The translations under genes were made by a program, and so were the position numbers. The notes beneath the pieces were generated by a model. That model was not told where the DNA came from, made no database searches, and saw nothing but the letters and a program-made list of their open reading frames with translations. Positions 49,034-58,727 of a DNA stretch of 64,000 nucleotides are shown piece by piece. Every line of letters begins with the position of its first letter. The stretch's first letter is position 1. The stretch covers positions 384,001-448,000 of the forward strand of contig CAVRJY010000001.1 in assembly GCA_963721805.1 (NCBI GenBank), read 5' to 3'. This DNA comes from Nitrospirota bacterium (GTDB lineage Bacteria; Nitrospirota; Thermodesulfovibrionia; Thermodesulfovibrionales; JdFR-86).

Positions 49034-49735
49034 ATGAGGCACATTTGCGCCATAATTTTGATCATCCTCGCCCTCGCCGCGCAGGCGGCATGGGCGGGCG
49101 AAGGGGGTACGGCGGCCTTGATGAAAGACATACACTGGCTCGGGCACGATACGTTTAAGATCACCTCCGGAGGGAAGGTCATATACACCGACCCCTTCAG
49201 GCTCAAACACGGCGATGCGGCCGACATCATCCTGATCACCCACGAGCACTACGACCACTGCTCCCCGGAGGACGTGGCGCGCATCCAGAAGAGCAATACC
49301 GTGATCGTCACGGTAGCGGACTGCGCGGCGAAGCTCTCGGGCAACGTAAAGACCGTCCGCCCCGGCGATAAGCTGGTAGTCGGGGGCGTCTCGATCGAGG
49401 CCGTCCCCGCGTACAACATCGGCAAGAAGTTCCACCCGCAGGCGAATAAATGGGTCGGTTACATATTCAGCGCGGGCGACAGGCGCATATACATAGCCGG
49501 GGACACGGACCGCATCCCTGAGATGAAGTCGATCAGGTGCGACATAGCGCTGCTGCCCGTGGGCGGGACGTATACGATGACGGCCGAGGAGGCCGCGCTC
49601 GCCGCGCTCGATATCAAGCCGAAGGTCGCGGTGCCGATGCACTACGGCACGCTCACCGGCACGCCGGACGATGCCAAACGCTTCGCCGCCGCGCTGAAGG
49701 GCAAGATCGATGTCGTCATCCTCCCGCAAGAGTAA
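49034..49735 (+). CDS. Secreted MBL-fold metallohydrolase
   Basis: Signal peptide, WLGH, THEHYDH, AGDT, PMHYG. Confidence 0.85.
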   Translation: MRHICAIILIILALAAQAAWAGEGGTAALMKDIHWLGHDTFKITSGGKVIYTDPFRLKHGDAADIILITHEHYDHCSPEDVARIQKSNTVIVTVADCAAKLSGNVKTVRPGDKLVVGGVSIEAVPAYNIGKKFHPQANKWVGYIFSAGDRRIYIAGDTDRIPEMKSIRCDIALLPVGGTYTMTAEEAALAALDIKPKVAVPMHYGTLTGTPDDAKRFAAALKGKIDVVILPQE

Positions 49736-50717
49736 TAAACCCGCCGGCAGCCGGGGGACCGCGTTAGTTCGCTCGCTGCTTGCGTCCGATGCGCTCTCGG
49801 GCGAGCTTATGGCCCGCAAGCTCGGCGTCACGCGCGCTGCGCTCTGGAAGCAGATCTCGGCGCTCCGCGAGCGGGGCTTTTCAATCGAGGGCGCGCGAGG
49901 CGAGGGCTACAGGCTCATCGGCATGCCGGAACTCAGCGCCGAGGGGATCATGGCCTCGGTGAGCGGCCCTATAGGGCGCGAAGTCATATGCCTGGATAAG
50001 ACCGAATCGACCAACGACGTGGCGATGGGGCTGGCCTCGGAGGGCGCGGCGCATGGCACGGCCGTGGTCGCGGACTCACAAGCGCACGGCCGGGGCAGGC
50101 GCGGGAGGCCGTGGATCTCGGCCCCCGGCGCGGGGCTCCTGATGAGCGTAATTCTGCGCCCGGCGATCTTCCCCGAGGACGCCCCGATACTGACATATAT
50201 CTGCTCACTTGCCGCTGCCGAGGCCTTGCGTAAGGCCACCGGGATCGAGGTCACGCTCAAGTGGCCCAACGACCTTATGGTGAACGACAAGAAACTCGGC
50301 GGCCTCCTGATCGAGATGCGCACCGAGCCCGGCGCGGTGCTGTACGCCGTGGCAGGCTTCGGCATCAACGCAAGCACCAGGCGCGCCGCGATGCCCGCCT
50401 CGATACGCCAGAGCGCTACCTCGCTCTGGCTGGAGTCCCGCAGGAAGTTCACGCGGACCGCCCTGGCCTCGGCCATACTCGATGCCCTATCAAACGAACT
50501 CGACTCTTATACCTGCTTCGGGCCGGACGCGATCATGGCGCGCTGGCGGCTGCTGTGCGGCACGCTCGGGCGCAAGGTCACGGTGCTCGGGCCGCAGGGC
50601 GCGATTAGCGGCATCGCGAGCGATATAGACCGCCTCGGAAGGCTCGTGCTCGTCACGCCGGACGGCGCGAAGCACGCGCTTAGTTCGGGCGACGTGACGA
50701 TAGGCGGGGCAGCCTGA
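49710..50717 (+). CDS. birA: Bifunctional biotin ligase/repressor
   Basis: N-terminal HTH, STND, GRGRRGR.W, KWPND, KLGGLL. Confidence 0.93.
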   Translation: MSSSSRKSNKPAGSRGTALVRSLLASDALSGELMARKLGVTRAALWKQISALRERGFSIEGARGEGYRLIGMPELSAEGIMASVSGPIGREVICLDKTESTNDVAMGLASEGAAHGTAVVADSQAHGRGRRGRPWISAPGAGLLMSVILRPAIFPEDAPILTYICSLAAAEALRKATGIEVTLKWPNDLMVNDKKLGGLLIEMRTEPGAVLYAVAGFGINASTRRAAMPASIRQSATSLWLESRRKFTRTALASAILDALSNELDSYTCFGPDAIMARWRLLCGTLGRKVTVLGPQGAISGIASDIDRLGRLVLVTPDGAKHALSSGDVTIGGAA

Positions 50718-50718
50718 T

Positions 50719-51480
50719 ATGCTGGTCGCTATCATCATAGGCAACTCCTCGATCAGGCTGGGGTTCTTCCATGGCGCCGAGCTCCTGCATTCCGATAGGG
50801 TAGACGCGGCGGAACTGCTCTCGTCGTCATGGTATGCCGAGCGGATAAAAGCGCTGATGAAGGAGCACGGGGCGGAAGGCCCACAGGTGGTGATCGGCTC
50901 GGTCGTGCCTGCGCTTACGGGCGTCGTTGCCGAGGGGGCCGGGATTGCTACCGGCACGATGCCGTTTATGGCTTCATACGCGCACGCCGCGCCGATGAGG
51001 ATAGACCTCGAGAGCCCCGAACTGCTCGGGGTGGACCGCATCGCGGTGGCGCGGGCGGCATATGACAGGGGAGGGGGCCCGGTGGCGGTCGTGGATTTCG
51101 GGACCGCTACGACGGTGAACTTCGTGGACGAGGGGCAGGTGTTTCTGGGCGGCGCTATCCTACCGGGGCCGGGCCTGATGCTCCGGGCGCTTGGAAGCGG
51201 CACGGCCGCGCTGCCCGAGATCGAGCCCCGCGCCACGGACGACGCGCTCGGGCGCGATACCGCCTCCGCGATGCTTTCTGGTATCATTATCGGCAGCGCC
51301 GGCGCGGTTATGCGCATAATAGACGAGGTCGGCCGAAAGCGGGGCCGGGCGTTCCGCACCGAGGCCACCGGAGGCTATGCCGGGCTGGTCAGCCCGCACC
51401 TCGGCGCCGGGGTAACAACGGACCCTGTGCTTGCCCTTAGGGGGCTCAGGCTCATGTACGAGGGCCATGTGAATGCATGA
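50719..51480 (+). CDS. coaX: Type III pantothenate kinase
   Basis: IGNS, SVVP, GVDR, VDFGTATT, GGAILPG, ATGG. Confidence 0.9.
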   Translation: MLVAIIIGNSSIRLGFFHGAELLHSDRVDAAELLSSSWYAERIKALMKEHGAEGPQVVIGSVVPALTGVVAEGAGIATGTMPFMASYAHAAPMRIDLESPELLGVDRIAVARAAYDRGGGPVAVVDFGTATTVNFVDEGQVFLGGAILPGPGLMLRALGSGTAALPEIEPRATDDALGRDTASAMLSGIIIGSAGAVMRIIDEVGRKRGRAFRTEATGGYAGLVSPHLGAGVTTDPVLALRGLRLMYEGHVNA

Positions 51481-52486
51481 ACTCAGAAAAGACCCGATAG
51501 TATCGCGCTGGGTCGTGGTATTGAAGGACTCCATAGGGCCCGAGGCATACGGCACCGAGGGCCACGAGCCCCCGTCATCCAGCCCTGCATCGGCAGGGGA
51601 ATGCCCGGTATGCTCGGCCTTCGACTCCACCCCGATACTCGACCTCCCCTCGCCCGTGGAGGAAAACCCCGGATGGCGCATAAAGGTGTACAAGAGCCCT
51701 GTCGGGCTCTTTCAGGACGACGGCGAGCTCAGCCGCAAGGGCCACGGGATGTATGACGAGATGAGCGCGCTCGGGCGTGACGAGGTCGTGGTCGAGAGCC
51801 CCGGGCACACCACCTGCTCCGAGGACCTCGGCGGGGAGCACATGGCCCGCATCTTCGGCGTGCACCGCATGCGCGTCGAGGCGCTCGAGGCCGACGAGCG
51901 GGCGCGCTACGTCATGGTCTCGAAAAACTCGGTCACGCACCAGGGCGGCCTGCTCGACCACCCGCACTCGCGGATCGTCGCCGCGCCGATCATCCCGCTG
52001 CGCGTGAAGGCCGAGCTCGACGGCGCGAAGCAGTACTACTCGTACAAGGACCGCTGCATATTCTGCGACGTCCTGACCGAGGAACTCCGCAACAAGACCC
52101 GCATAATCCGCGAGAGCGCGCACTTCGTCGCGTTCGCCCCGTTCGCCCCGCGCTATTCGTTCGAGTTCTGGGTGATGCCCAAGCGCCACTCCTGTGCGTT
52201 TAAGGACATTACGCCCGAGGAGACGGCCGACCTCGGCCGCCTGATGTCATGGGCCCTCGGGAGGTTCCGCCGCGTGCTCGGCGGGCCGTCATACAGCTAC
52301 GTCATCCACAACAGCCCGAACCGCATCCCCCGCCGCAACTACTGGCACACGCTGGGGGACGATTACCACTGGCACATAACCGTCATGCCCAGGCTCCGCA
52401 AGTTCACGGGGCTTGAGTGGAGTTCGGGTTTCTATGCGGTCGAGACCTCGCCCGAGGCAGCGGCGGGGTACCTGAGAGAGGAGTGA
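51473..52486 (+). CDS. GalT-like sugar-1-phosphate nucleotidyltransferase
   Basis: ELRKDP, HPHS, CIFCD, YHWH; the usual HPHxQ reads HPHSR here. Confidence 0.8.
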   Translation: MHELRKDPIVSRWVVVLKDSIGPEAYGTEGHEPPSSSPASAGECPVCSAFDSTPILDLPSPVEENPGWRIKVYKSPVGLFQDDGELSRKGHGMYDEMSALGRDEVVVESPGHTTCSEDLGGEHMARIFGVHRMRVEALEADERARYVMVSKNSVTHQGGLLDHPHSRIVAAPIIPLRVKAELDGAKQYYSYKDRCIFCDVLTEELRNKTRIIRESAHFVAFAPFAPRYSFEFWVMPKRHSCAFKDITPEETADLGRLMSWALGRFRRVLGGPSYSYVIHNSPNRIPRRNYWHTLGDDYHWHITVMPRLRKFTGLEWSSGFYAVETSPEAAAGYLREE

Positions 52487-52494
52487 GAGGCGCC

Positions 52495-52932
52495 ATGAAG
52501 CTTGACAAGATCGTCTACGCCACGGACTTCACCGAGGGCTCGGAGGCAGCAGGCCGCTACGCGGTCGAGATGGCAAAGTGCTGTAGCGCGAAGCTCATCG
52601 TCCTAAACGTCGTGTTCGACATCGCGCGCACCGCGGGCTGGAACATATCGCACATCGACACCGACACGCTCTACGAGGCGATGGAGACGGCGGCGCGCAA
52701 GGACCTCGACCGCGTGGTCGCGGCCCTCAAGGCCGAGTACCCGGACGTCGAGGGCGCGATAGTGCGCGGCTTGCCCAACGACGACGTAATAAAATACGCG
52801 GTCGACCAGGGGGCCGGGATGATAGTGATCGGGACGCACGGAAGGCATGGACTGGACAGGCTGCTGTTTGGGAGCACTGCCTCGAAGGTCGTGCGCAACT
52901 CGCCTTGCCCGGTGCTGACAGTCAGGGGCTGA
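52495..52932 (+). CDS. Universal stress protein
   Basis: ATDF, IGTHGR.G..RLLFGSTA.KVVR.SPCPVL. Confidence 0.92.
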   Translation: MKLDKIVYATDFTEGSEAAGRYAVEMAKCCSAKLIVLNVVFDIARTAGWNISHIDTDTLYEAMETAARKDLDRVVAALKAEYPDVEGAIVRGLPNDDVIKYAVDQGAGMIVIGTHGRHGLDRLLFGSTASKVVRNSPCPVLTVRG

Positions 52933-52933
52933 C

Positions 52934-54049
52934 CTGCGCACTCTAAGGACCCGCGCGCTCGTGATCGGAGGCGGTCCGGCCGGGACCTCGGCCAGCCGGG
53001 TGCTTGCGGCCTCGGGCATAGAGACCGTGCTGGTGGAGAAGGACCTCGCATTTAAAAAGCCCTGCGGCGGCGGGATGCCCCTGAGCGCGTTCGGCCCGCT
53101 CGGGATACCGGCCTCGCTCGCCGCGCGCACGGTGCGCGAATTCCGGCTAGTGGCCCCCTCGGGCCATACCGCGGTGACAAAACTCCCTGAGGCCGATGTC
53201 GTTGCGATAGTCGAGCGCGGCACGTTTGACGCCGCGCTGCGGGGGATCGCCGAGGCCGCTGGCGCGAGGGTCGTCGAGGCGCAATTCATGAGGTTCGCAG
53301 ATAAAGGCAGGACCACCGTGGCAGAGCTTCTAAGCCCCGGGGGCGAGGCGTTCTCCATAGAGGCCGATCACGTGATAGCCACGGACGGCGTAAACTCAAG
53401 GGCGGCTATCGGCATAGGCCGGGCGGATGCGGTATATACGATGAACATCAAAACCGCCGCGCTCCCCGCGGGCCGGAGCGATGCCTGCGAGTTCTGGTTC
53501 GGGATGGGGCATGCGCCGGGGTTTTACTCCTGGGTATTCCCGGCCCGCGATGGCGTATCGCTGGGCACGGGATGCGCCGAGGGCCGGGAGCTGCGCGGCC
53601 GCATGGCCGCGTTCCTGCGCAGGCTCGGGGCTGCCGATGATCCCATGGAGGGCGCGAGGGTATACAGGATACCCAGGTGGCGCTCCGGTGCGGTGCCGCT
53701 CAGGCACGGCGGGATACTTTTTGCGGGCGACGCGGCCGGGCACGTGATGCCGCTTACCTTCGAGGGGATATACTATGCCATGCGCTCCGGCGCGCTCGCC
53801 GCGAACTGCGTGGCAGGGGGACGGCCGGAAAAATACGAGAGGCAATGGAAGGCCGAGTTCGGCATGACCTTCGGCCTGATGCGCATGCTGCGCGGCTGGT
53901 TCCTGCGCTCCGACGACAGGATGGAGAAGTTCGTGAGGCTGTTTGAGAGGCCCGAGGTGATGAGCTTCGCCCTCGGCATATGGACTGACAAGCGCCTTCT
54001 AAACGGGCGCGGGCTGCGATGGTATGCAAATATACTTAGAAAGATATAA
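52934..54049 (+). CDS. Geranylgeranyl-reductase-family FAD oxidoreductase (start uncertain)
   Basis: VIGGGPAG, KPCGGG, YSWVFP, GDAAG...EGIYYA. Confidence 0.85.
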   Translation: MRTLRTRALVIGGGPAGTSASRVLAASGIETVLVEKDLAFKKPCGGGMPLSAFGPLGIPASLAARTVREFRLVAPSGHTAVTKLPEADVVAIVERGTFDAALRGIAEAAGARVVEAQFMRFADKGRTTVAELLSPGGEAFSIEADHVIATDGVNSRAAIGIGRADAVYTMNIKTAALPAGRSDACEFWFGMGHAPGFYSWVFPARDGVSLGTGCAEGRELRGRMAAFLRRLGAADDPMEGARVYRIPRWRSGAVPLRHGGILFAGDAAGHVMPLTFEGIYYAMRSGALAANCVAGGRPEKYERQWKAEFGMTFGLMRMLRGWFLRSDDRMEKFVRLFERPEVMSFALGIWTDKRLLNGRGLRWYANILRKI

Positions 54050-54899
54050 CCCCCTGCGCGGACCCTTCGCATGGTTCGTCGCGGCCTCGCTTGTGGCGCA
54101 TGCGCTGGCGCTCGTGCTCATAACACAGCTTGCGCACGAGGCTGTCCATAACCCCTCGGATTCCATGATCGTGCGCCTTCTGGACGCTCCCAGTCCTAAG
54201 CCCGCGCCTGTGCCAGCGGTTCCGGCGCGAAGGGCCGCGCCTGCCATGCCTCCGCATAGCAGGCCTATGCCGCGCCCCGCGGCCCCTATACCGGCAATCC
54301 CTTTGCCTTCGGCGCCCGCGCCGGGCGGGACCTTAAGGAGGGGGGCAGTTGCCCCCGCCCCCGCCCCAATGCCGTTTCCTCCTGACGCTCTGGCCCCATC
54401 GAGGCCCGAGGGTGCGGTCAGGCGAGGGGCCGCGCGCCCGAAGATCGACTTCTCGGACATCCCGCAGCCCTCGCGCGGGGCCGCTCACGAGGAGGCGAGG
54501 CTCGTGGACCCCGCGGTCATAGATCAGTATGCCGAGCGGGTCGAGCGCAAGGTGGAGGACCAGAAAAAGATCGGGATCACGACCGACGAGTTTAAATACC
54601 GCGACTACATGCGCAGGCTCAAGGCGCGCATCGAGGGCATCTGGGACTACCCGCGCGAGGCCGCGGAGCGAGGCATATCCGGCGACCTGGAGATAGAGTT
54701 CACGATCAACCGCGACGGGACGCTCGGCAAAGTCAGGCTTGCGCGGACCTCGGGGTTCCCGGACCTCGACGAGGCCGCGCTGCGCGCGGTGCGGGACGCT
54801 GCCCCGTACTGGCCGATGCCGGCCGACTGGGAGGAGAAGGGGATCATCATAATGGGGCACTTCATATATCACGGCCCCTCGGGCAAGTACATCAGATAA
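54024..54899 (+). CDS. TonB/TolA-family energy transducer
   Basis: TM with SLVAH motif, Pro-rich linker, YP..A..G, SG...LDEAA. Confidence 0.82.
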   Translation: MQIYLERYNPLRGPFAWFVAASLVAHALALVLITQLAHEAVHNPSDSMIVRLLDAPSPKPAPVPAVPARRAAPAMPPHSRPMPRPAAPIPAIPLPSAPAPGGTLRRGAVAPAPAPMPFPPDALAPSRPEGAVRRGAARPKIDFSDIPQPSRGAAHEEARLVDPAVIDQYAERVERKVEDQKKIGITTDEFKYRDYMRRLKARIEGIWDYPREAAERGISGDLEIEFTINRDGTLGKVRLARTSGFPDLDEAALRAVRDAAPYWPMPADWEEKGIIIMGHFIYHGPSGKYIR

Positions 54900-54953
54900 C
54901 GCGCCTGCGCTGCCGGAAGCTATTTTCAGACGGATTCAAATATAATCATCCCC

Positions 54954-55832
54954 ATGGATATCCTGGTGAATCTCGACAAGCCGCGCGGCATCACCTCTCA
55001 AGACGCCGTCACGCTCGTCAAGCGCATCCTCAAGGTTAAGAAGGCCGGCCACTGCGGCACGCTCGACCCGCTCGCCACCGGCGTGCTCGTCATTTGCACG
55101 GGCGAGGCCACGAAGATCGCGTCTCTCGTGACCGACGCGGACAAGGAATACTCGGCTGAGCTGAAGTTCGGCACGCGCACCGACACCTATGACTCCGAGG
55201 GCCGCGTGATCGCAACGGCCGATTTCTCGTGCGTGATGAAAGACGCTGTGCTCGCTGTGCTCGGGCGTTTTCGCGGCCGCATCATGCAGCGCCCTCCGAT
55301 GTACTCTGCCATAAAGGTTAAGGGAACTCCGCTGTACAAGCTCGCGCGCAAGGGGATCGAGCTCGAGGTCCCGGAGCGCGAGGTCGAGATCACGCGGCTT
55401 GAGCTTGCTTCGTTCGATCCGCCGCATGCGTCCATCCTCGTCGAATGCGGCAAGGGCACTTATATCCGCTCGCTCATAGACGACATCGGAACGGCGCTCG
55501 GATGCCTTGCGCACATGACCGGACTAAGAAGGCTGAGAGTAGGCCGCTTCAGGGCCGAGGATGCGGCACGGCCGGAGGAAATTTTATCGAAGCCATTTTC
55601 TTCTTGCACTATAGATAATGCTCTGTTACAATTGAGCGAGTTTGCAGTGGAGGGACCCGATCTGAAGCGGGCCTTAAACGGGGGAGCTGTAAGAGTTAGT
55701 GCTTGCGCGGGTTTCCGCGATGGGGGGCTTCTAAGAATCAAATCCCCAGATGGCGCGCTGATCGGCATAGGCGTATGCTCCGGCGGGCTGGTAAAAATGC
55801 AGAGAATGTTCAATTTGGGGGGCAAGACATGA
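54954..55832 (+). CDS. truB: tRNA pseudouridine-55 synthase
   Basis: DKPRG.TS, GHCGTLDPLATGVL, PPMYSA, GTYIRSL. Confidence 0.95.
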   Translation: MDILVNLDKPRGITSQDAVTLVKRILKVKKAGHCGTLDPLATGVLVICTGEATKIASLVTDADKEYSAELKFGTRTDTYDSEGRVIATADFSCVMKDAVLAVLGRFRGRIMQRPPMYSAIKVKGTPLYKLARKGIELEVPEREVEITRLELASFDPPHASILVECGKGTYIRSLIDDIGTALGCLAHMTGLRRLRVGRFRAEDAARPEEILSKPFSSCTIDNALLQLSEFAVEGPDLKRALNGGAVRVSACAGFRDGGLLRIKSPDGALIGIGVCSGGLVKMQRMFNLGGKT

Positions 55833-55923
55833 AGCAGTTTGTAATGGTTCAAAACGCAAGAGGCCGATTTATCTCAAAAAAATACTTGACAATGCCGTTT
55901 AGATCTGTTAAACCATAAACGTT

Positions 55924-56976
55924 ATGTTTTTCGGATCTAAGGACACCATAGGTCTCGACATCGGGTCGAGCAACATAAAGCTCGTGCAGCTGCGCGAGCG
56001 CAAGGGCGGCTATGAGCTCGATGCGTTCGAGGTCATGCACCTGCCGCCTGACATCATCGTCGAGGGCTCGGTCATCGACTCCATGCGCCTTGCGGATTCG
56101 ATAAAGGAGATAGTAAGGAAGGCCAAGGTGCGAGCCAAGAACGTCGCGCTGGGCATTGCCGGAAACTCCTTCGTCATCATAAAGCGCATCACGCTGCCGG
56201 AGATGACCGACGAGGAACTGAGCGAGTCGATCAGGTTCGAGGCCGAGCAGTACGTGCCCTTCGACATCGACGACGTCAACATCGATTTCCAGATCATCGG
56301 CCCGAGGGACGAGCCCGGACAGATGGACGTCATCATCGTCGCGGTCAAGAAGGACATCATTAATGAATACATCAACGTCGTGCGCGACGCGGGCCTCTCG
56401 CCCGTGGTCGTCGACGTCAACGCATTCGCGCTCGGCAACATGTACGAGATCAACTACGAGGTCGAGCCGAACCGCAACGTGGCGCTGGTCAACATCGGGG
56501 CCAATACGATCAACATAAACGTCTTGAAGGGCGGCGAGACCGTATTTACGCGCGACGCCTCCATCGGCGGCAACCTGCAGAGCGAGGCGCTTCAGAAGGC
56601 CCTCGGCATCACGTTTGAGAACGCCGAGCGCGTAAAGCGCGGCGGCGCTGTAGATGGCGTGGTCGAGGCCGAGGCCGAGCAGGCCCTCGCTTCCGCTTCC
56701 GAGGACCTCATAGCCGAGATCAGCCGTTCGCTGGACTATTTCAGGAGCACGGCCTTCCACGAGGAGATCAACGAGGTCATACTCTCAGGCGGCGGGGCGC
56801 TCGTGAAGGGCTTTGCAGACCAGCTCAGCAACCACATGGGCATACAGGTCAGGCGCTCCGAGCCGTTTAAGAACATCCACATACCCGCGAGGTTCGACTT
56901 GTCCTCCATCGAGGAGACCGGCTGCATAGCGGCCGTGGCGGTGGGGCTCGCGATCAGGAGGGCCGGCGACAGATGA
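55924..56976 (+). CDS. pilM: Type IV pilus assembly protein PilM
   Basis: GLDIGSS actin-like fold, EAEQYVPF, LSGGGA. Confidence 0.94.
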   Translation: MFFGSKDTIGLDIGSSNIKLVQLRERKGGYELDAFEVMHLPPDIIVEGSVIDSMRLADSIKEIVRKAKVRAKNVALGIAGNSFVIIKRITLPEMTDEELSESIRFEAEQYVPFDIDDVNIDFQIIGPRDEPGQMDVIIVAVKKDIINEYINVVRDAGLSPVVVDVNAFALGNMYEINYEVEPNRNVALVNIGANTININVLKGGETVFTRDASIGGNLQSEALQKALGITFENAERVKRGGAVDGVVEAEAEQALASASEDLIAEISRSLDYFRSTAFHEEINEVILSGGGALVKGFADQLSNHMGIQVRRSEPFKNIHIPARFDLSSIEETGCIAAVAVGLAIRRAGDR

Positions 56977-57518
56977 TGATCCGTATCAACCTGATCCCGA
57001 CCAAACGGAAGAAAAAGGCCAAGCCGGTCCCCTCGTTCGTCGTCTGGGCGGTGCTGATCCTGGTGCTCTCGGCGGCCGGGACGGCCTATACCGCATATTT
57101 TATGAAGTCCAGGATCTCGGCCCTGAACGCCCAGAAGGCCGCAAACGACAAGAAGCTCGCGGACCTCAAGGAGCGCATAAAGGCGGTGAGCAACTTCGAG
57201 GCCCTCAACAAGGCGTTCACCGCCAAAAAGCAGCTGATCGAGAAGCTCCGGGCCAACCAGAGCATTCCGGTCAGGCTGCTTACCGAGATCAACAAGTACC
57301 TCACCGAGGGCATATGGTTTAACTCGCTCACGATGAAGGGCGATTCGATCGAGATCGAGGGCGCGGGTTTTTCGAACTCTGACATCGTGGCCTTCATCCA
57401 GAGCCTGAAGGGCTCGCAGATGCTCGGCGACGCGGTGCTTCAGGAGACCCACATGAACAAGCAAGACGGGGTCGACGTATACATCTTCAAGCTTATCATC
57501 AAGATGAAGGCGGGCTGA
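56973..57518 (+). CDS. pilN: PilN
   Basis: RINLIP motif, TM helix, coiled coil. Confidence 0.9.
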   Translation: MMIRINLIPTKRKKKAKPVPSFVVWAVLILVLSAAGTAYTAYFMKSRISALNAQKAANDKKLADLKERIKAVSNFEALNKAFTAKKQLIEKLRANQSIPVRLLTEINKYLTEGIWFNSLTMKGDSIEIEGAGFSNSDIVAFIQSLKGSQMLGDAVLQETHMNKQDGVDVYIFKLIIKMKAG

Positions 57519-57522
57519 AAAC

Positions 57523-58203
57523 ATGGCTCCGAACCTTAAAAACCTGAAACTGAATATCGATTTCAACGCCATCCCGAAGGCGGCGAGGGTCGCTATAGCG
57601 GTCCTCCCCTCGGCCATCCTGATCGGCGCGTTCCTATTCCTCTCGGTCGTGCCGAACAAAAAGACGATCGCCACCCTCAGGGGGCAGATAGCGGCCCAGG
57701 AGGCCGAGATCTCAAAGAGCCAGAGCATGGCCGACAGGCTCGAAGACCTGATCAAGCAAAACGAGATCCTCAAGCAGAGGCTGATAGAGCTCCAGAAGCA
57801 GCTCCCGGAAGAGAGGGAGATATCGGTGCTTCTAAAGCAGGTCTCGGACCTCGGCATCGAAAACGGGCTTGAGATACTCAGCTGGAAGCCCGCTGCGCGC
57901 AAGACCCACCCCAGCGGCATTGTGTACGAGATCCCGGTGGGCATCGAGTTCAAGGGCTCGTACCATCAGCTCGGGCACTTCTTTTCGAGCCTGACCTCGC
58001 TGGACCGCATAGTCAATGTCGCGGACCTGAAGCTCAGCTCGCCCGCGATGGTGGGCGACAGCGTCCGCCTCAACATTTCGTTCACGGCGAACACGTATAC
58101 GGCCGTCGCGTCGGGCGGCCTCACAGACACCGGCGAGAAGGCGGGCGTGACGAATGCGCCTGCGGCCAAAGCGCCTGCGGCGAATCCGGGGGAGAAGAAA
58201 TGA
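57523..58203 (+). CDS. pilO: PilO
   Basis: QLP..REI..LL, YEIPV, GSYHQLG.FF, RIVNV. Confidence 0.9.
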   Translation: MAPNLKNLKLNIDFNAIPKAARVAIAVLPSAILIGAFLFLSVVPNKKTIATLRGQIAAQEAEISKSQSMADRLEDLIKQNEILKQRLIELQKQLPEEREISVLLKQVSDLGIENGLEILSWKPAARKTHPSGIVYEIPVGIEFKGSYHQLGHFFSSLTSLDRIVNVADLKLSSPAMVGDSVRLNISFTANTYTAVASGGLTDTGEKAGVTNAPAAKAPAANPGEKK

Positions 58204-58727
58204 TCCCACGCATAGCGATTAAGCTGGCCATCATGCTTGCGCTCGCGCTTGCCGGCCCCGCGGCCTTCGCAGCCGGTATGCCCGCTCCCGCCGCACCCGC
58301 AGCCGCACCCGCAGCGGCCAGCGCTCCAGCCCCGGGCCGGACCGTCGCCGCAGCGCCGCTGCCCGAGGTCACGCCTTATAACTCCGAGGGCGTGCGCGAC
58401 CCCTTCCTCTCGATAGTGAAGGCCGCAAAGCACGCCCGCGAATCCAAGAAGCTCAATGCGGGCTCGCCGCTCGAGAGCTACGACCTGCACCAGATAGAAA
58501 ACGGCCTTGTTGCGATAATATGGGACGCTAAGATGAGTTACGCGCTAATGCGCCTGCCTGACGGCAAGTTCTACACGGTGCGCGAGGGGATGCCGCTTGG
58601 CATACACGGCGGCAAAGTTTACAAGATACTAAAGGACAGGATCGTCGTCCGCGAAATGCTCCGAGACTTCCGGGGTCAGATGAAACCGCAGGACACGATC
58701 ATCATGCTCCATAAAGAGGAGGGGTAA
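58200..58727 (+). CDS. pilP: PilP
   Basis: RDPF, PLESYDL, DGKFY.V..G..LG..GG.V. Confidence 0.85.
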   Translation: MIPRIAIKLAIMLALALAGPAAFAAGMPAPAAPAAAPAAASAPAPGRTVAAAPLPEVTPYNSEGVRDPFLSIVKAAKHARESKKLNAGSPLESYDLHQIENGLVAIIWDAKMSYALMRLPDGKFYTVREGMPLGIHGGKVYKILKDRIVVREMLRDFRGQMKPQDTIIMLHKEEG